The notes under the pieces were generated by a model. The model did no database searches. It was not told the origin of the DNA and saw nothing but the letters and a program-made list of their open reading frames with translations. 64,000 nt of DNA from Eledone cirrhosa. Taxonomy: Eukaryota. The translations under genes were made by a program, and so were the position numbers. Below are positions 15,001 to 28,400 of this stretch, piece after piece (position 1 is the first letter of the stretch; each line of letters begins with the position of its first letter). The DNA lies in contig OZ024748.1 of the NCBI GenBank assembly GCA_964016885.1, positions 37,324,001-37,388,000 on the forward strand, in the 5' to 3' direction.

Positions 15001-18000
15001 CTCTAGATCTAGTGTGACAATGTTAGTGTCAGTGTTAACTACCTCTAGATCTAGTATGACAATGTCAGTGTCAGTGTTAACTATCTCTAGATCTAGTATG
15101 ACAATATCAGTGTCAGGGTTAACTACCTCTAGATCAGGTATGACAATGTTAGTGTCAGTGTTAACTACCACTAGATCTAGTATGACAATGTCAGTGTCAG
15201 TGTTAACTACCTCTAGATCTAGTGTGACAATGTTAGTGTCAGTGTTAACTACCACTAGATCCAGTATGACAATGTCAGTGTCAGTGTTAACTACCTCTAG
15301 ATCTAGTATGACAATGTTAGTGTCAGTGTTAACTACCTCTAGATCTAGTGTGACAATGTCAGTGTCAGTGTTAACTACCTCTAGATCTAGTATGACAATG
15401 TTAGTGTCAGTGTTAACTATCTCTAGATCTAGTGTGACAATGTTAGTGTCAGTGTTAACTACCTCTAGATATAGTATGACAACGTCAGTGTCAGTGTTAA
15501 CTACCTCTAGATCTAGTATGACGATGTCAGTGTCAGTGTTAACTACCACAAGATCTAGTGTGACAATGTTAGTGTCAGTGTTAACTACCACTAGATATAG
15601 TATGACAATGTCAGTGTCAGTGTTTACTACCTCTAGATCTAGTATGACAATGTTAGTGTCAGTGTTAACTACCTCTAGATCTAGTGTGACAATGTTAGTG
15701 TCAGTGTTAACTACCTCTAGATATAGTATGACAATGTCAGTGTCAGTGTTAACTACCTCTAGATCTAGTATGACAATGTCAGTGTCAGTGTTAACTACCT
15801 CTAGATCTAGTATGACAATGTCAGTGTCAGTGTTAACTACCACTAGATCTAGAATGACAATGTCAGTGTCAGTGTTAACTACCACAAGATCTAGTATGAC
15901 AATGTCAGTGTCAGTGTTAACTACCACTAGATCTAGTATGACAATGTCAGAGTTAACTACCTCTAGATCTAGTATGACAATGTCAATGTCAGTGTTAACT
16001 ACCTCTAGATCTAGTATGACAATGTCAGTGTCAGTGTTAACTACCTCTAGATCTAGTATGACAATGTCAGTGTCAGTGTTAACTACCACTAGATCTAGAA
16101 TGACAATGTCAGTGTCAGTGTTAACTACCACAAGATCTAGTGTGACAATGTTAGTGTCAGTGTTAACTACCTCTAGATATAGTAAGACAATGTCAGTGTC
16201 AGTGTTTACTACCTCTAGATCTAGTATGACAATGTTAGTGTCAGTGTTAACTACCTCTATATCTAGTGTGACAATGTTAGTGTCAATGTTAACTACCTCT
16301 AGATATAGTATGACAATGTCAGTGTCAGTGTTAACTACCTCTAGATCTAGTATGACAATGTCAGTGTCAGTGTTAACTACCTCTAGATCTATTATGACAA
16401 TGTCAGTGTCAGTGTTAATTACCACTAGATCTAGTATGACAATGTCAGTGTCAGTGTTAACTACCTCTAGATCTAGTGTGACAATGTTAGTGTCAGTGTT
16501 AACTACCTCTAGATCTAGTATGACAATGTCAGAGTTAACTACCTCTAGATCTAGTATGACAATGTCAGTGTCAGTGTTAACTACCTCTAGATCTAGTATG
16601 ACAATGTCAGTGTCAGTGTTAACAACCTCTAGATCTACTATGACAATGTCAGTGTCAGTGTTAACTACCACTAGATCTAGTATGACAATGTCAGAGTTAA
16701 CTACCTCTAGATCTAATATGACAATGTCAGTGTCAGTGTTAACTACCTCTAGATCTAGTGTGACAATGTTAGTGTCAGTGTTAACTACCTCTAGATCTAG
16801 TATGACAATGTTAGTGTCAGTGTTAACTACCACTAGGTCTAGTATGACAATGTCAGTGTCAGTGTTAACTACCTCTAGATCTAGTATGACAATGTCAGTG
16901 TCAGTGTTAACTACCTCTAGATCTAGTATGACAATGTTAGTGTCAGTGTTAACTACCACTAGATCTAGTATGACAATGTCAGTGTCAGTGTTAGCTACCT
17001 CTAGATCTAGTATGACAATGTTAGTGTCAGTGTTAACTACCTCTAGATCTAGTATGACAATGTTAGTGTCAGTGTTAACTACCTCTAGATCTAGTGTGAC
17101 AATGTTAGTGTCAGTGTTAACTACCTCTAGATCTAGTATGACAATGTCAGTGTCAGTGTTAACTATCTCTAGATCTAGTATGACAATATCAGTGTCAGGG
17201 TTAACTACCTCTAGATCAAGTATGACAATGTTAGTGTCAGTGTTAACTACCACTAGATCTAGTATGACAATGTCAGTGTCAGTGTTAACTACCTCTAGAT
17301 CTAGTGTGACAATGTTAGTGTCAGTGTTAACTACCACTAGATCCAGTATGACAATGTCAGTGTCAGTGTTAACTACCTCTAGATCTAGTATGACAATGTT
17401 AGTGTCAGTGTTAACTACCTCTAGATCTAGTGTGACAATGTCAGTGTCAGTGTTAACTACCTCTAGATCTAGTATGACAATGTTAGTGTCAGTGTTAACT
17501 ATCTCTAGATCTAGTGTGACAATGTTAGTGTCAGTGTTAACTACCTCTAGATATAGTATGACAACGTCAGTGTCAGTGTTAACTACCTCTAGATCTAGTA
17601 TGACGATGTCAGTGTCAGTGTTAACTACCACAAGATCTAGTGTGACAATGTTAGTGTCAGTGTTAACTACCACTAGATATAGTATGACAATGTCAGTGTC
17701 AGTGTTTACTACCTCTAGATCTAGTATGACAATGTTAGTGTCAGTGTTAACTACCTCTAGATCTAGTGTGACAATGTTAGTGTCAGTGTTAACTACCTCT
17801 AGATATAGTATGACAATGTCAGTGTCAGTGTTAACTACCTCTAGATCTAGTATGACAATGTCAGTGTCAGTGTTAACTACCTCTAGATCTAGTATGACAA
17901 TGTCAGTGTCAGTGTTAGCTACCACTAGATCTAGAATGACAATGTCAGTGTCAGTGTTAACTACCACAAGATCTAGTGTGACAATGTTAGTGTCAGTGTT

Positions 18001-19400
18001 AACTACCTCTAGATCTAGTATGACAATGTCAGTGTCAGTGTTAACTACCACTAGATCTAGTATGACAATGTCAGAGTTAACTACCTCTAGATGTAATATG
18101 ACAATGTCAGTGTCAGTGTTAACTACCTCTAGATCTAGTGTGACAATGTTAGTGTCAGTGTTAACTACCTCTAGATCTAGTATGACAATGTTAGTGTCAG
18201 TGTTAACTACCACTAGGTCTAGTATGACAATGTCAGTGTCAGTGTTAACTACCTCTAGATCTAGTATGACAATGTCAGTGTCAGTGTTAACTACCTCTAG
18301 ATATAGTATGACAATGTCAGTGTCAGTGTTTACTACCTCTAGATCTAGTATGACAATGTTAGTGTCAGTGTTAACTACCTCTAGATCTAGTGTGACAATG
18401 TTAGTGTCAGTGTTAACTACCTCTAGATATAATATGACAATGTCAGTGTCAGTGTTAACTACCTCTAGATCTAGTATGACAATGTCAGTGTCAGTGTTAA
18501 CTAACTCTAGATCTAGAATGACAATGTCAGTGTCAGTGTTAACTATCACTAGATCTAGTATGACAATGTCAGTGTCAGTGTTAACTACCACAAGATCTAG
18601 TGTGACAATGTTAGTGTCAGTGTTAACTACCTCTAGATCTAGTATGACAATGTCAGAGTTAACTACCTCTAGATCTAGTATGACAATGTCAGTGTCAGTG
18701 TTAACTACCTCTAGATCTAGTATGACAATGTTAGTGTCAGTGTTAACTACCTCTAGATCTAGTGTGACAATGTTAGTGTCAGTGTTAACTACCTCTAGAT
18801 ATAGTATGACAATGTCAGTGTCAGTGTTAACTACCACAAGATCTAGTGTGACAATGTTAGTGTCAGTGTTAACTACCTGTAGATATAGTATGACAATGTC
18901 TGTGTCAGTGTTTACTACCTCTAGATCTAGTATGACAATGTTAGTGTCAGTGTTAACTACCTCTAGATCTAGTGTGACAATGTTAGTGTCAGTGTTAACT
19001 ACCTCTAGATCTAGCATGACAATGTCAGTGTCAGTGTTAACTACCTCTAGATCTAGTATGACAATGTTAGTGTCAGTGTTAACTACCACTAGATCTAGTA
19101 TGACAATGTCAGTGTCAGTGTTAACTACCTCTAGATCTAGTATGACAATGTTAGTGTCAGTGTTAACAACCTCTAGATCTAGTATGACAATGTTAGTGTC
19201 AGTGTTAACTACCTCTAGATCTAGTGTGACAATGTTAGTGTCAGTGTTAACTACCTCTAGATCTAGTATGACAATGTCAGTGTCAGTGTTAACTACCTCT
19301 AGATCTAGTATGACAATGTCAGTGTCAGGGTTAACTACCTCTAGATCTAGTATGACAATGTTAGTGTCAGTGTTAACTACCACTAGATCTAGTGTGACAA
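1..19400. repeat. Variant domain A of the array (higher-order blocks of about 2.1-2.2 kb and 6.3-6.7 kb; boundary approximate)
   Basis: Private markers and offsets: ATGGCAGTTTC at 2483/4727/11399 and AGTATC at 3784/6028/12700 (offsets 2244 and 6672). ACGTCT 169/9001, TCCGTG 601/9433 and GACATTG 680/9512 (offset 8832). GATCCAG 15262/17344 and TAGAATG 15853/17935 (offset 2082). Confidence 0.8.
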
Positions 19401-22400
19401 TGTTAGTGTCAGTGTTAACTACCACTAGATCTAGTATGACAATGTCAGTGTCACTGTTAACTACCTCTAGATCTAGTGTGACAATGTTAGTGTCAGTGTT
19501 AACTACCACTAGATCTAGTGTGACAATGTTAGTGTCAGTGTTAACTACCACTAGATCTAGTATGACAATGTCAGTGTCAGTGTTAGCTACCTCTAGATCT
19601 AGTATGACAATGTTAGTGTCAGTGTTAACTACCACTAGATCTAGTGTGACAATGTCAGTGTTAGTGTTAACTACCTCTAGATCTAGTATGACAATGTTAG
19701 TGTCAGTGTTAACTATCTCTAGATCTAGTGTGACAATGTTAGTGTCAGTGTTAACAGCCTCTAGATATAGTATGACAATGTCAGTGTTAACTACCTCTCG
19801 ATCTAGTATGACAATGTCAGTGTCAGTGTTAACTACCACAAGATCTAGTGTGACAATGTTAGTGTCAGTGTTAACTACCTCTAGATATAGTATGACAATG
19901 TCAGTGTCAGTGTTTACTACCTCTAGATCTAGTATGACAATGTTAGTGTCAGTGTTAGCTACCTCTAGATCGAGTGTGACAATGTTAGTGTCAGTGTTAA
20001 CTACCTCTAGATATAGTATGACAATGTCAGTGTCAGTGTTAACTACCTCTAGATCTAGTACGACAATGTCAGTGTCAGTGTTAACTACCACTAGATCTAG
20101 TATGACAATGTCAGTGTCAGTGTTAACTACCACAAGATCTAGTGTGACAATGTTAGTGTCAGTGTTAACTACCTCTAGATCTAGTATGACAATGTCAGAG
20201 TTAACTACCTCTAGATCTAGTATGACAATGTCAGTGTCAGTGTTAACTACCTCTAGATCTAGTATGACAATGTCAGTGTCAGTGTTAACAACCTCTAGAT
20301 CTACTATGACAATGTCAGTGTCAGTGTTAACTACCACTAGATCTAGTATGACAATGTCAGAGTTAACTACCTCTAGATCTAATATGACAATGTCAGTGTC
20401 AGTGTTAACTACCTCTAGATCTAGTGTGACAATGTTAGTGTCAGTGTTAACTACCTCTAGATCTAGTATGATAATGTTAGTGTCAGTGTTAACTACCACT
20501 AGGTCTAGTATGACAATGTCAGTGTCAGTGTTAACTACCTCTAAATCTAGTATGACAATGTCAGTGTCAGTGTTAACTACCTCTAGATCTAGTATGACAA
20601 TGTTAGTGTCAGTGTTAACTACCACTAGATCTAGTATGACAATGTCAGTGTCAGTGTTAACTACCTCTAGATCTAGTATGACAATGTTAGTGTCAGTGTT
20701 AACTACCTCTAGATCTAGTATGACAATGTTAGTGTCAGTGTTAACTACCTCTAGATCTAGTGTGACAATGTTAGTGTCAGTGTTAACTACCTCTAGATCT
20801 AGTATGACAATGTCAGTGTCAGTGTTAACTATCTCTAGATCTAGTATGACAATGTCAGTGTCAGGGTTAATTACCTCTAGATCTAGTATGACAATGTTAG
20901 TGTCAGTGTTAACTACCACTAGATCTAGTATGACAATGTCAGTGTCAGTGTTAACTACCTCTAGATCTAGTGTGACAATGTTAGTGTCAGTGTTAACTAC
21001 CACTAGGTCTAGTATGACAATGTCAGTGTCAGTGTTAACTACCTCTAGATCTAGTATGACAATGTTAGTGTCAGTGTTAACTACCTCTAGATCTAGTGTG
21101 ACAATGTCAGTGTCAGTGTTAACTACCTCTAGATCTAGTATGACAATGTTAGTGTCAGTGTTAACTATCTCTAGATCTAGTGTGACAATGCTAGTGTCAG
21201 TGTTAACTACCTCTAGATATAGTATGACAACGTCAGTGTCAGTGTTAACTACCTCTAGATCTAGTATGACGATGTCAGTGTCAGTGTTAACTACCACAAG
21301 ATCTAGTGTTACAATGTTAGTGTCAGTGTTAACTACCTCTAGATATAGTATGACAATGTCATGGTCAGTGTTTACTACCTCTAGATCTAGTGTGACAATG
21401 TTAGTGTCAGTGTTAACTACCTCTAGATATAGTATGACAATGTCAGTGTCAGTGTTAACTACCTCTAGATCTAGTATGACAATGTCAGTGTCAGTGTTAA
21501 CTACCTCTAGATCTAGTATGACAATGTCAGTGTCAGTGTTAACTACCACTAGATCTAGTATGACAATGTCAGTGTCAGTGTTAACTACCACAAGATCTAG
21601 TGTGACAATGTTAGTGTCAGTGTTAACTACCTCTAGATCTAGTATGACAATGTCAGTGTCAGTGTTAACTACCACTAGATCTAGTATGACAATGTCAGAG
21701 TTAACTACCTCTAGATCTAGTATGACAATGTCAGTGTCAGTGTTAACAACCTCTAGATCTACTATGACAATGTCAGTGTCAGTGTTAACTACCACTAGAT
21801 CTAGTATGACAATGTCAGAGTTAACTACCTCTAGATGTAATATGACAATGTCAGTGTCAGTGTTAACTACCTCTAGATCTAGTATGACAATGTCAGTGTC
21901 AGTGTTAACTACCTCTAGATCTAGTGTGACAATGTCAGTGTCAGTGTTAACTACCTCTAGATCTAGTATGACAATGTCAGTGTCAGTGTTAACTACCTCT
22001 AGATCTAGTGTGACAATGTCAGTGTCAGTGTTAACTACCTCTAGATCTAGTATGACAATGTTAGTGTCAGTGTTAACTATCTCTAGATCTAGTGTGACAA
22101 TGTTAGTGTCAGTGTTAACTACCTCTAGATATAGTATGACAATGTCAGTGTCAGTGTTAACTACCTCTAGATCTAGTGTGACAATGTCAGTGTCAGTGTT
22201 AACTACCTCTAGATCTAGTATGACAATGTTAGTGTCAGTGTTAACTATCTCTAGATCTAGTGTGACAATGTTAGTGTCAGTGTTAACTACCTCTAGATAT
22301 AGTATGACAATGTCAGTGTCAGTGTTAACTACCTCTAGATCTAGTATGACAATGTCAGTGTCAGTGTTAACTACCACAAGATCTAGTGTGACAATGTTAG

Positions 22401-25400
22401 TGTCAGTGTTAACTACCTCTAGATATAGTATGACAATGTCAGTGTCAGTGTTTACTACCTCTAGATCTAGTATGACAATGTTAGTGTCAGTGTTAACTAC
22501 CTCTAGATCTAGTGTGACAATGTTAGTGTCAGTGTTAACTACCTCTAGATCTAGTATGACAATGTTAGTGTCAGTGTTAACTACCTCTAGATCTAGTATG
22601 ACAATGTTAGTGTCAGTGTTAACTACCTCTAGATCTAGTATGACAATGTCAGTGTCATGGTTAACTACCTCTAGATCTAGTGTGACAATGTTAGTGTCAG
22701 TGTTAACTACCTCTAGATATAGTATGACAATGTCAGTGTCAGTGTTAACTACCTCTAGATCTAGTGTGACAATGTCAGTGTCAGTGTTAACTACCTCTAG
22801 ATCTAGTATGACAATGTTAGTGTCAGTGTTAACTATCTCTAGATCTAGTGTGACAATGTTAGTGTCAGTGTTAACTACCTCTAGATATAGTATGACAATG
22901 TCAGTGTCAGTGTTAACTACCTCTAGATCTAGTATGACAATGTCAGTGTCAGTGTTAACTACCTCTAGATCTAGTATGACAATGTCAGTGTCAGTGTTAA
23001 CTACCACTAGATCTAGTATGACAATGTCAGTGTCAGTGTTAACTACCACAAGATCTAGTGTGACAATGTTAGTGTCAGTGTTAACTACCTCTAGATCTAG
23101 TATGACAATGTCAGAGTTAACTACCTCTAGATCTAGTATGACAGTGTCAGTGTCAGTGTTAACTACCTCTAGATCTAGTATGACAATGTCAGTGTCAGTG
23201 TTAACAACCTCTAGATCTACTATGACAATGTCAGTGTCAGTGTTAACTACCACTAGATCTAGTATGACAATGTCAGAGTTAACTACCTCTAGATCTAATA
23301 TGACAATGTCAGCGTCAGTGTTAACTACCTCTAGATCTAGTGTGACAATGTTAGTGTCAGTGTTAACTACCTCTAGATCTAGTATGATAATGTTAGTGTC
23401 AGTGTTAACTACCACTAGGTCTAGTATGACAATGTCAGTGTCAGTGTTAACTACCTCTAAATCTAGTATGACAATGTCAGTGTCAGTGTTAACTACCTCT
23501 AAATCTAGTATGACAATGTCAGTGTCAGTGTTAACTACCTCTAGATCTAGTATGACAATGTTAGTGTCAGTGTTAAGTACCACTAGATCTAGTATGACAA
23601 TGTCAGTGTCAGTGTTAACTACCTCTAGATCTAGTATGACAATGTTAGTGTCAGTGTTAACTACCTCTAGATCTAGTATGACAATGTTAGTGTCAGTGTT
23701 AACTACCTCTAGATCTAGTGTGACAATGTTAGTGTCAGTGTTAACTACCTCTAGATCTAGTATGACAATGTCAGTGTCAGTGTTAACTATCTCTAGATCT
23801 AGTATGACAATGTCAGTGTCAGGGTTAATTACCTCTAGATCTAGTATGACAATGTTAGTGTCAGTGTTAACTACCACTAGATCTAGTATGACAATGTCAG
23901 TGTCAGTGTTAACTACCTCTAGATCTAGTGTGACAATGTTAGTGTCAGTGTTAACTACCACTAGGTCTAGTATGACAATGTCAGTGTCAGTGTTAACTAC
24001 CTCTAGATCTAGTATGACAATGTTAGTGTCAGTGTTAACTACCTCTAGATCTAGTGTGACAATGTCAGTGTCAGTGTTAACTACCTCTAGATCTAGTATG
24101 ATAATGTTAGTGTCAGTGTTAACTATCTCTAGATCTAGTGTGACAATGTTAGTGTCAGTGTTAACTACCTCTAGATATAGTATGACAACGTCAGTGTCAG
24201 TGTTAACTACCTCTAGATCTAGTATGACGATGTCAGTGTCAGTGTTAACTACCACAAGATCTAGTGTTACAATGTTAGTGTCAGTGTTAACTACCTCTAG
24301 ATATAGTATGACAATGTCATGGTCAGTGTTTACTACCTCTAGATCTAGTGTGACAATGTTAGTGTCAGTGTTAACTATCTCTAGATCTAGTGTGACAATG
24401 TTAGTGTCAGTGTTAACTACCTCTAGATATAGTATGACAACGTCAGTGTCAGTGTTAACTACCTCTAGATCTAGTATGACGATGTCAGTGTCAGTGTTAA
24501 CTACCACAAGATCTAGTGTTACAATGTTAGTGTCAGTGTTAACTACCTCTAGATATAGTATGACAATGTCATGGTCAGTGTTTACTACCTCTAGATCTAG
24601 TGTGACAATGTTAGTGTCAGTGTTAACTACCTCTAGATATAGTATGACAATGTCAGTGTCAGTGTTAACTACCTCTAGATCTAGTATGACAATGTCAGTG
24701 TCAGTGTTAACTACCTCTAGATCTAGTATGACAATGTCAGTGTCAGTGTTAACTACCACTAGATCTAGTATGACAATGTCAGTGTCAGTGTTAACTACCA
24801 CAAGATCTAGTGTGACAATGTTAGTGTCAGTGTTAACTACCTCTAGATCTAGTATGACAATGTCAGTGTCAGTGTTAACTACCACTAGATCTAGTATGAC
24901 AATGTCAGAGTTAACTACCTCTAGATCTAGTATGACAATGTCAGTGTCAGTGTCAACAACCTCTAGATCTACTATGACAATGTCAGTGTCAGTGTTAACT
25001 ACCACTAGATCTAGTATGACAATGTCAGAGTTAACTACCTCTAGATGTAATATGACAATGTCAGTGTCAGTGTTAACTACCTCTAGATCTAGTATGACAA
25101 TGTCAGTGTCAGTGTTAACTACCTCTAGATCTAGTGTGACAATGTCAGTGTCAGTGTTAACTACCTCTAGATCTAGTATGACAATGTCAGTGTCAGTGTT
25201 AACTACCTCTAGATCAAGTGTGACAATGTCAGTGTCAGTGTTAACTACCTCTAGATCTAGTATGACAATGTTAGTGTCAGTGTTAACTATCTCTAGATCT
25301 AGTGTGACAATGTTAGTGTCAGTGTTAACTACCTCTAGATATAGTATGACAATGTCAGTGTCAGTGTTAACTACCTCTAGATCTAGTGTGACAATGTCAG

Positions 25401-28400
25401 TGTCAGTGTTAACTACCTCTAGATCTAGTATGACAATGTTAGTGTCAGTGTTAACTATCTCTAGATCTAGTGTGACAATGTTAGTGTCAGTGTTAACTAC
25501 CTCTAGATATAGTATGACAATGTCAGTGTCAGTGTTAACTACCTCTAGATCTAGTATGACAATGTCAGTGTCAGTGTTAACTACCTCTAGATCTAGTGTG
25601 ACAATGTTAGTGTCAGTGTTAACTACCTCTAGATATAGTATGACAATGTTAGTGTCAGTGTTAACTACCTCTAGATCTAGTATGACAATGTTAGTGTCAG
25701 TGTTAACTACCTCTAGATCTAGTATGACAATGTTAGTGTCAGTGTTAACTACCTCTAGATCTAGTGTGACAATGTTAGTGTCAGTGTTAACTACCTCTAG
25801 ATATAGTATGACACTGTCAGTGTCAGTGTTAACCACCTCTAGATCTAGTATGACAATGTCAGTGTCATGGTTAACTACCTCTAGATCTAGTGTGACAATG
25901 TTAGTGTCAGTGTTAACTACCTCTAGATATAGTATGACAATGTCAGTGTTAGTGTTAACTACCTCTAGATCTAGTATGACAATGTCAGTGTCAGTGTTAA
26001 CTACCTCTAGATCTAGTATGACAATGTCAGTGTCAGTGTTAACTACCACTAGATCTAGTATGACAATGTCAGTGTCAGTGTTAACTACCACAAGATCTAG
26101 TGTGACAATGTTAGTGTCAGTGTTAACTACCTCTAGATATAGAATGACAATGTCAGTGTCAGTGTTAACTACCTCTAGATCTAGTATGACAATGTCAGTG
26201 TCAGTGTTAACTACCACAAGATCTAGTGTGACAATGTCAGTGTCACTGTTAACTACCTCTAGATCTAGTGTGACAATGTTAGTGTCAGTGTTAACTACCA
26301 CTAGATCTAGTGTGACAATGTTAGTGTCAGTGTTAACTACCACTAGATCTAGTATGACAATGTCAGTGTCAGTGTTAACTACCTCTAGATCTAGTATGAC
26401 AATGTTAGTGTCAGTGTTAACTACCTCTAGATCTAGTGTGACAATGTCAGTGTTAGTGTTAACTACCTCTAGATCTAGTATGACAATGTTAGTGTCAGTG
26501 TTAACTATCTCTAGATCTAGTGTGACAATGTTAGTGTCAGTGTTAACAGCCTCTAGATATAGTATGACAATGTCAGTGTTAACTACCTCTCGATCTAGTA
26601 TGACAATGTCAGTGTCAGTGTTAACTACCACAAGATCTAGTGTGACAATGTTAGTGTCAGTGTTAACTACCTCTAGATATAGTATGACAATGTCAGTGTC
26701 AGTGTTAACTACCTCTAGATCTAGTATGACAATGTCAGTGTCAGTGTTAACTACCACTAGATCTAGTATGACAATGTCAGTGTCAGTGTTAACTACCACA
26801 AGATCTAGTGTGACAATGTTAGTGTCAGTGTTAACTACCTCTAGATCTAGTATGACAATGTCAGAGTTAACTACCTCTAGATCTAGTATGACAGTGTCAG
26901 TGTTAACTACCTCTAGATCTAGTATGACAATGTCAGTGTCTGTGTTAACAACCTCTAGATCTACTATGACAATGTCAGTGTCAGTGTTAACTACCACTAG
27001 ATCTAGTATGACAATGTCAGAGTTAACTACCTCTAGATCTAATATGACAATGTCAGTGTCAGTGTTAACTACCTCTAGATCTAGTGTGACAATGTTAGTG
27101 TCAGTGTTAACTACCTCTAGATCTAGTATGATAATGTTAGTGTCAGTGTTAACTACCACTAGGTCTAGTATGACAATGTCAGTGTCAGTGTTAACTACCT
27201 CTAAATCTAGTATGACAATGTCAGTGTCAGTGTTAACTACCTCTAGATCTAGTATGACAATGTTAGTGTCAGTGTTAACTACCACTAGATCTAGTATGAC
27301 AATGTCAGTGTCAGTGTTAACTACCTCTAGATCTAGTATGACAATGTTAGTGTCAGTGTTAACTACCTCTAGATCTAGTATGACAATGTTAGTGTCAGTG
27401 TTAACTACCTCTAGATCTAGTGTGACAATGTTAGTGTCAGTGTTAACTACCTCTAGATCTAGTATGACAATGTCAGTGTCAGTGTTAACTATCTCTAGAT
27501 CTAGTATGACAATGTCAGTGTCAGGGTTAATTACCTCTAGATCTAGTATGACAATGTTAGTGTCAGTGTTAACTACCACTAGATCTAGTATGACAATGTC
27601 AGTGTCAGTGTTAACTACCTCTAGATCTAGTGTGACAATGTTAGTGTCAGTGTTAACTACCACTAGGTCTAGTATGACAATGTCAGTGTCAGTGTTAACT
27701 ACCTCTAGATCTAGTATGACAATGTTAGTGTCAGTGTTAACTACCTCTAGATCTAGTGTGACAATGTCAGTGTCAGTGTTAACTACCTCTAGATCTAGTA
27801 TGACAATGTTAGTGTCAGTGTTAACTATCTCTAGATCTAGTGTGACAATGTTAGTGTCAGTGTTAACTACCTCTAGATATAGTATGACAACGTCAGTGTC
27901 AGTGTTAACTACCTCTAGATCTAGTATGACGATGTCAGTGTCAGTGTTAACTACCACAAGATCTAGTGTTACAATGTTAGTGTCAGTGTTAACTACCTCT
28001 AGATATAGTATGACAATGTCATGGTCAGTGTTTACTACCTCTAGATCTAGTGTGACAATGTTAGTGTCAGTGTTAACTACCTCTAGATATAGTATGACAA
28101 TGTCAGTGTCAGTGTTAACTACCTCTAGATCTAGTATGACAATGTCAGTGTCAGTGTTAACTACCTCTAGATCTAGTAAGACAATGTCAGTGTCAGTGTT
28201 AACTACCACTAGATCTAGTATGACAATGTCAGTGTCAGTGTTAACTACCACAAGATCTAGTGTGACAATGTTAGTGTCAGTGTTAACTACCTCTAGATCT
28301 AGTATGACAATGTCTGTGTCAGTGTTAACTACCACTAGATCTAGTATGACAATGTCAGAGTTAACTACCTCTAGATCTAGTATGACAATGTCAGTGTCAG

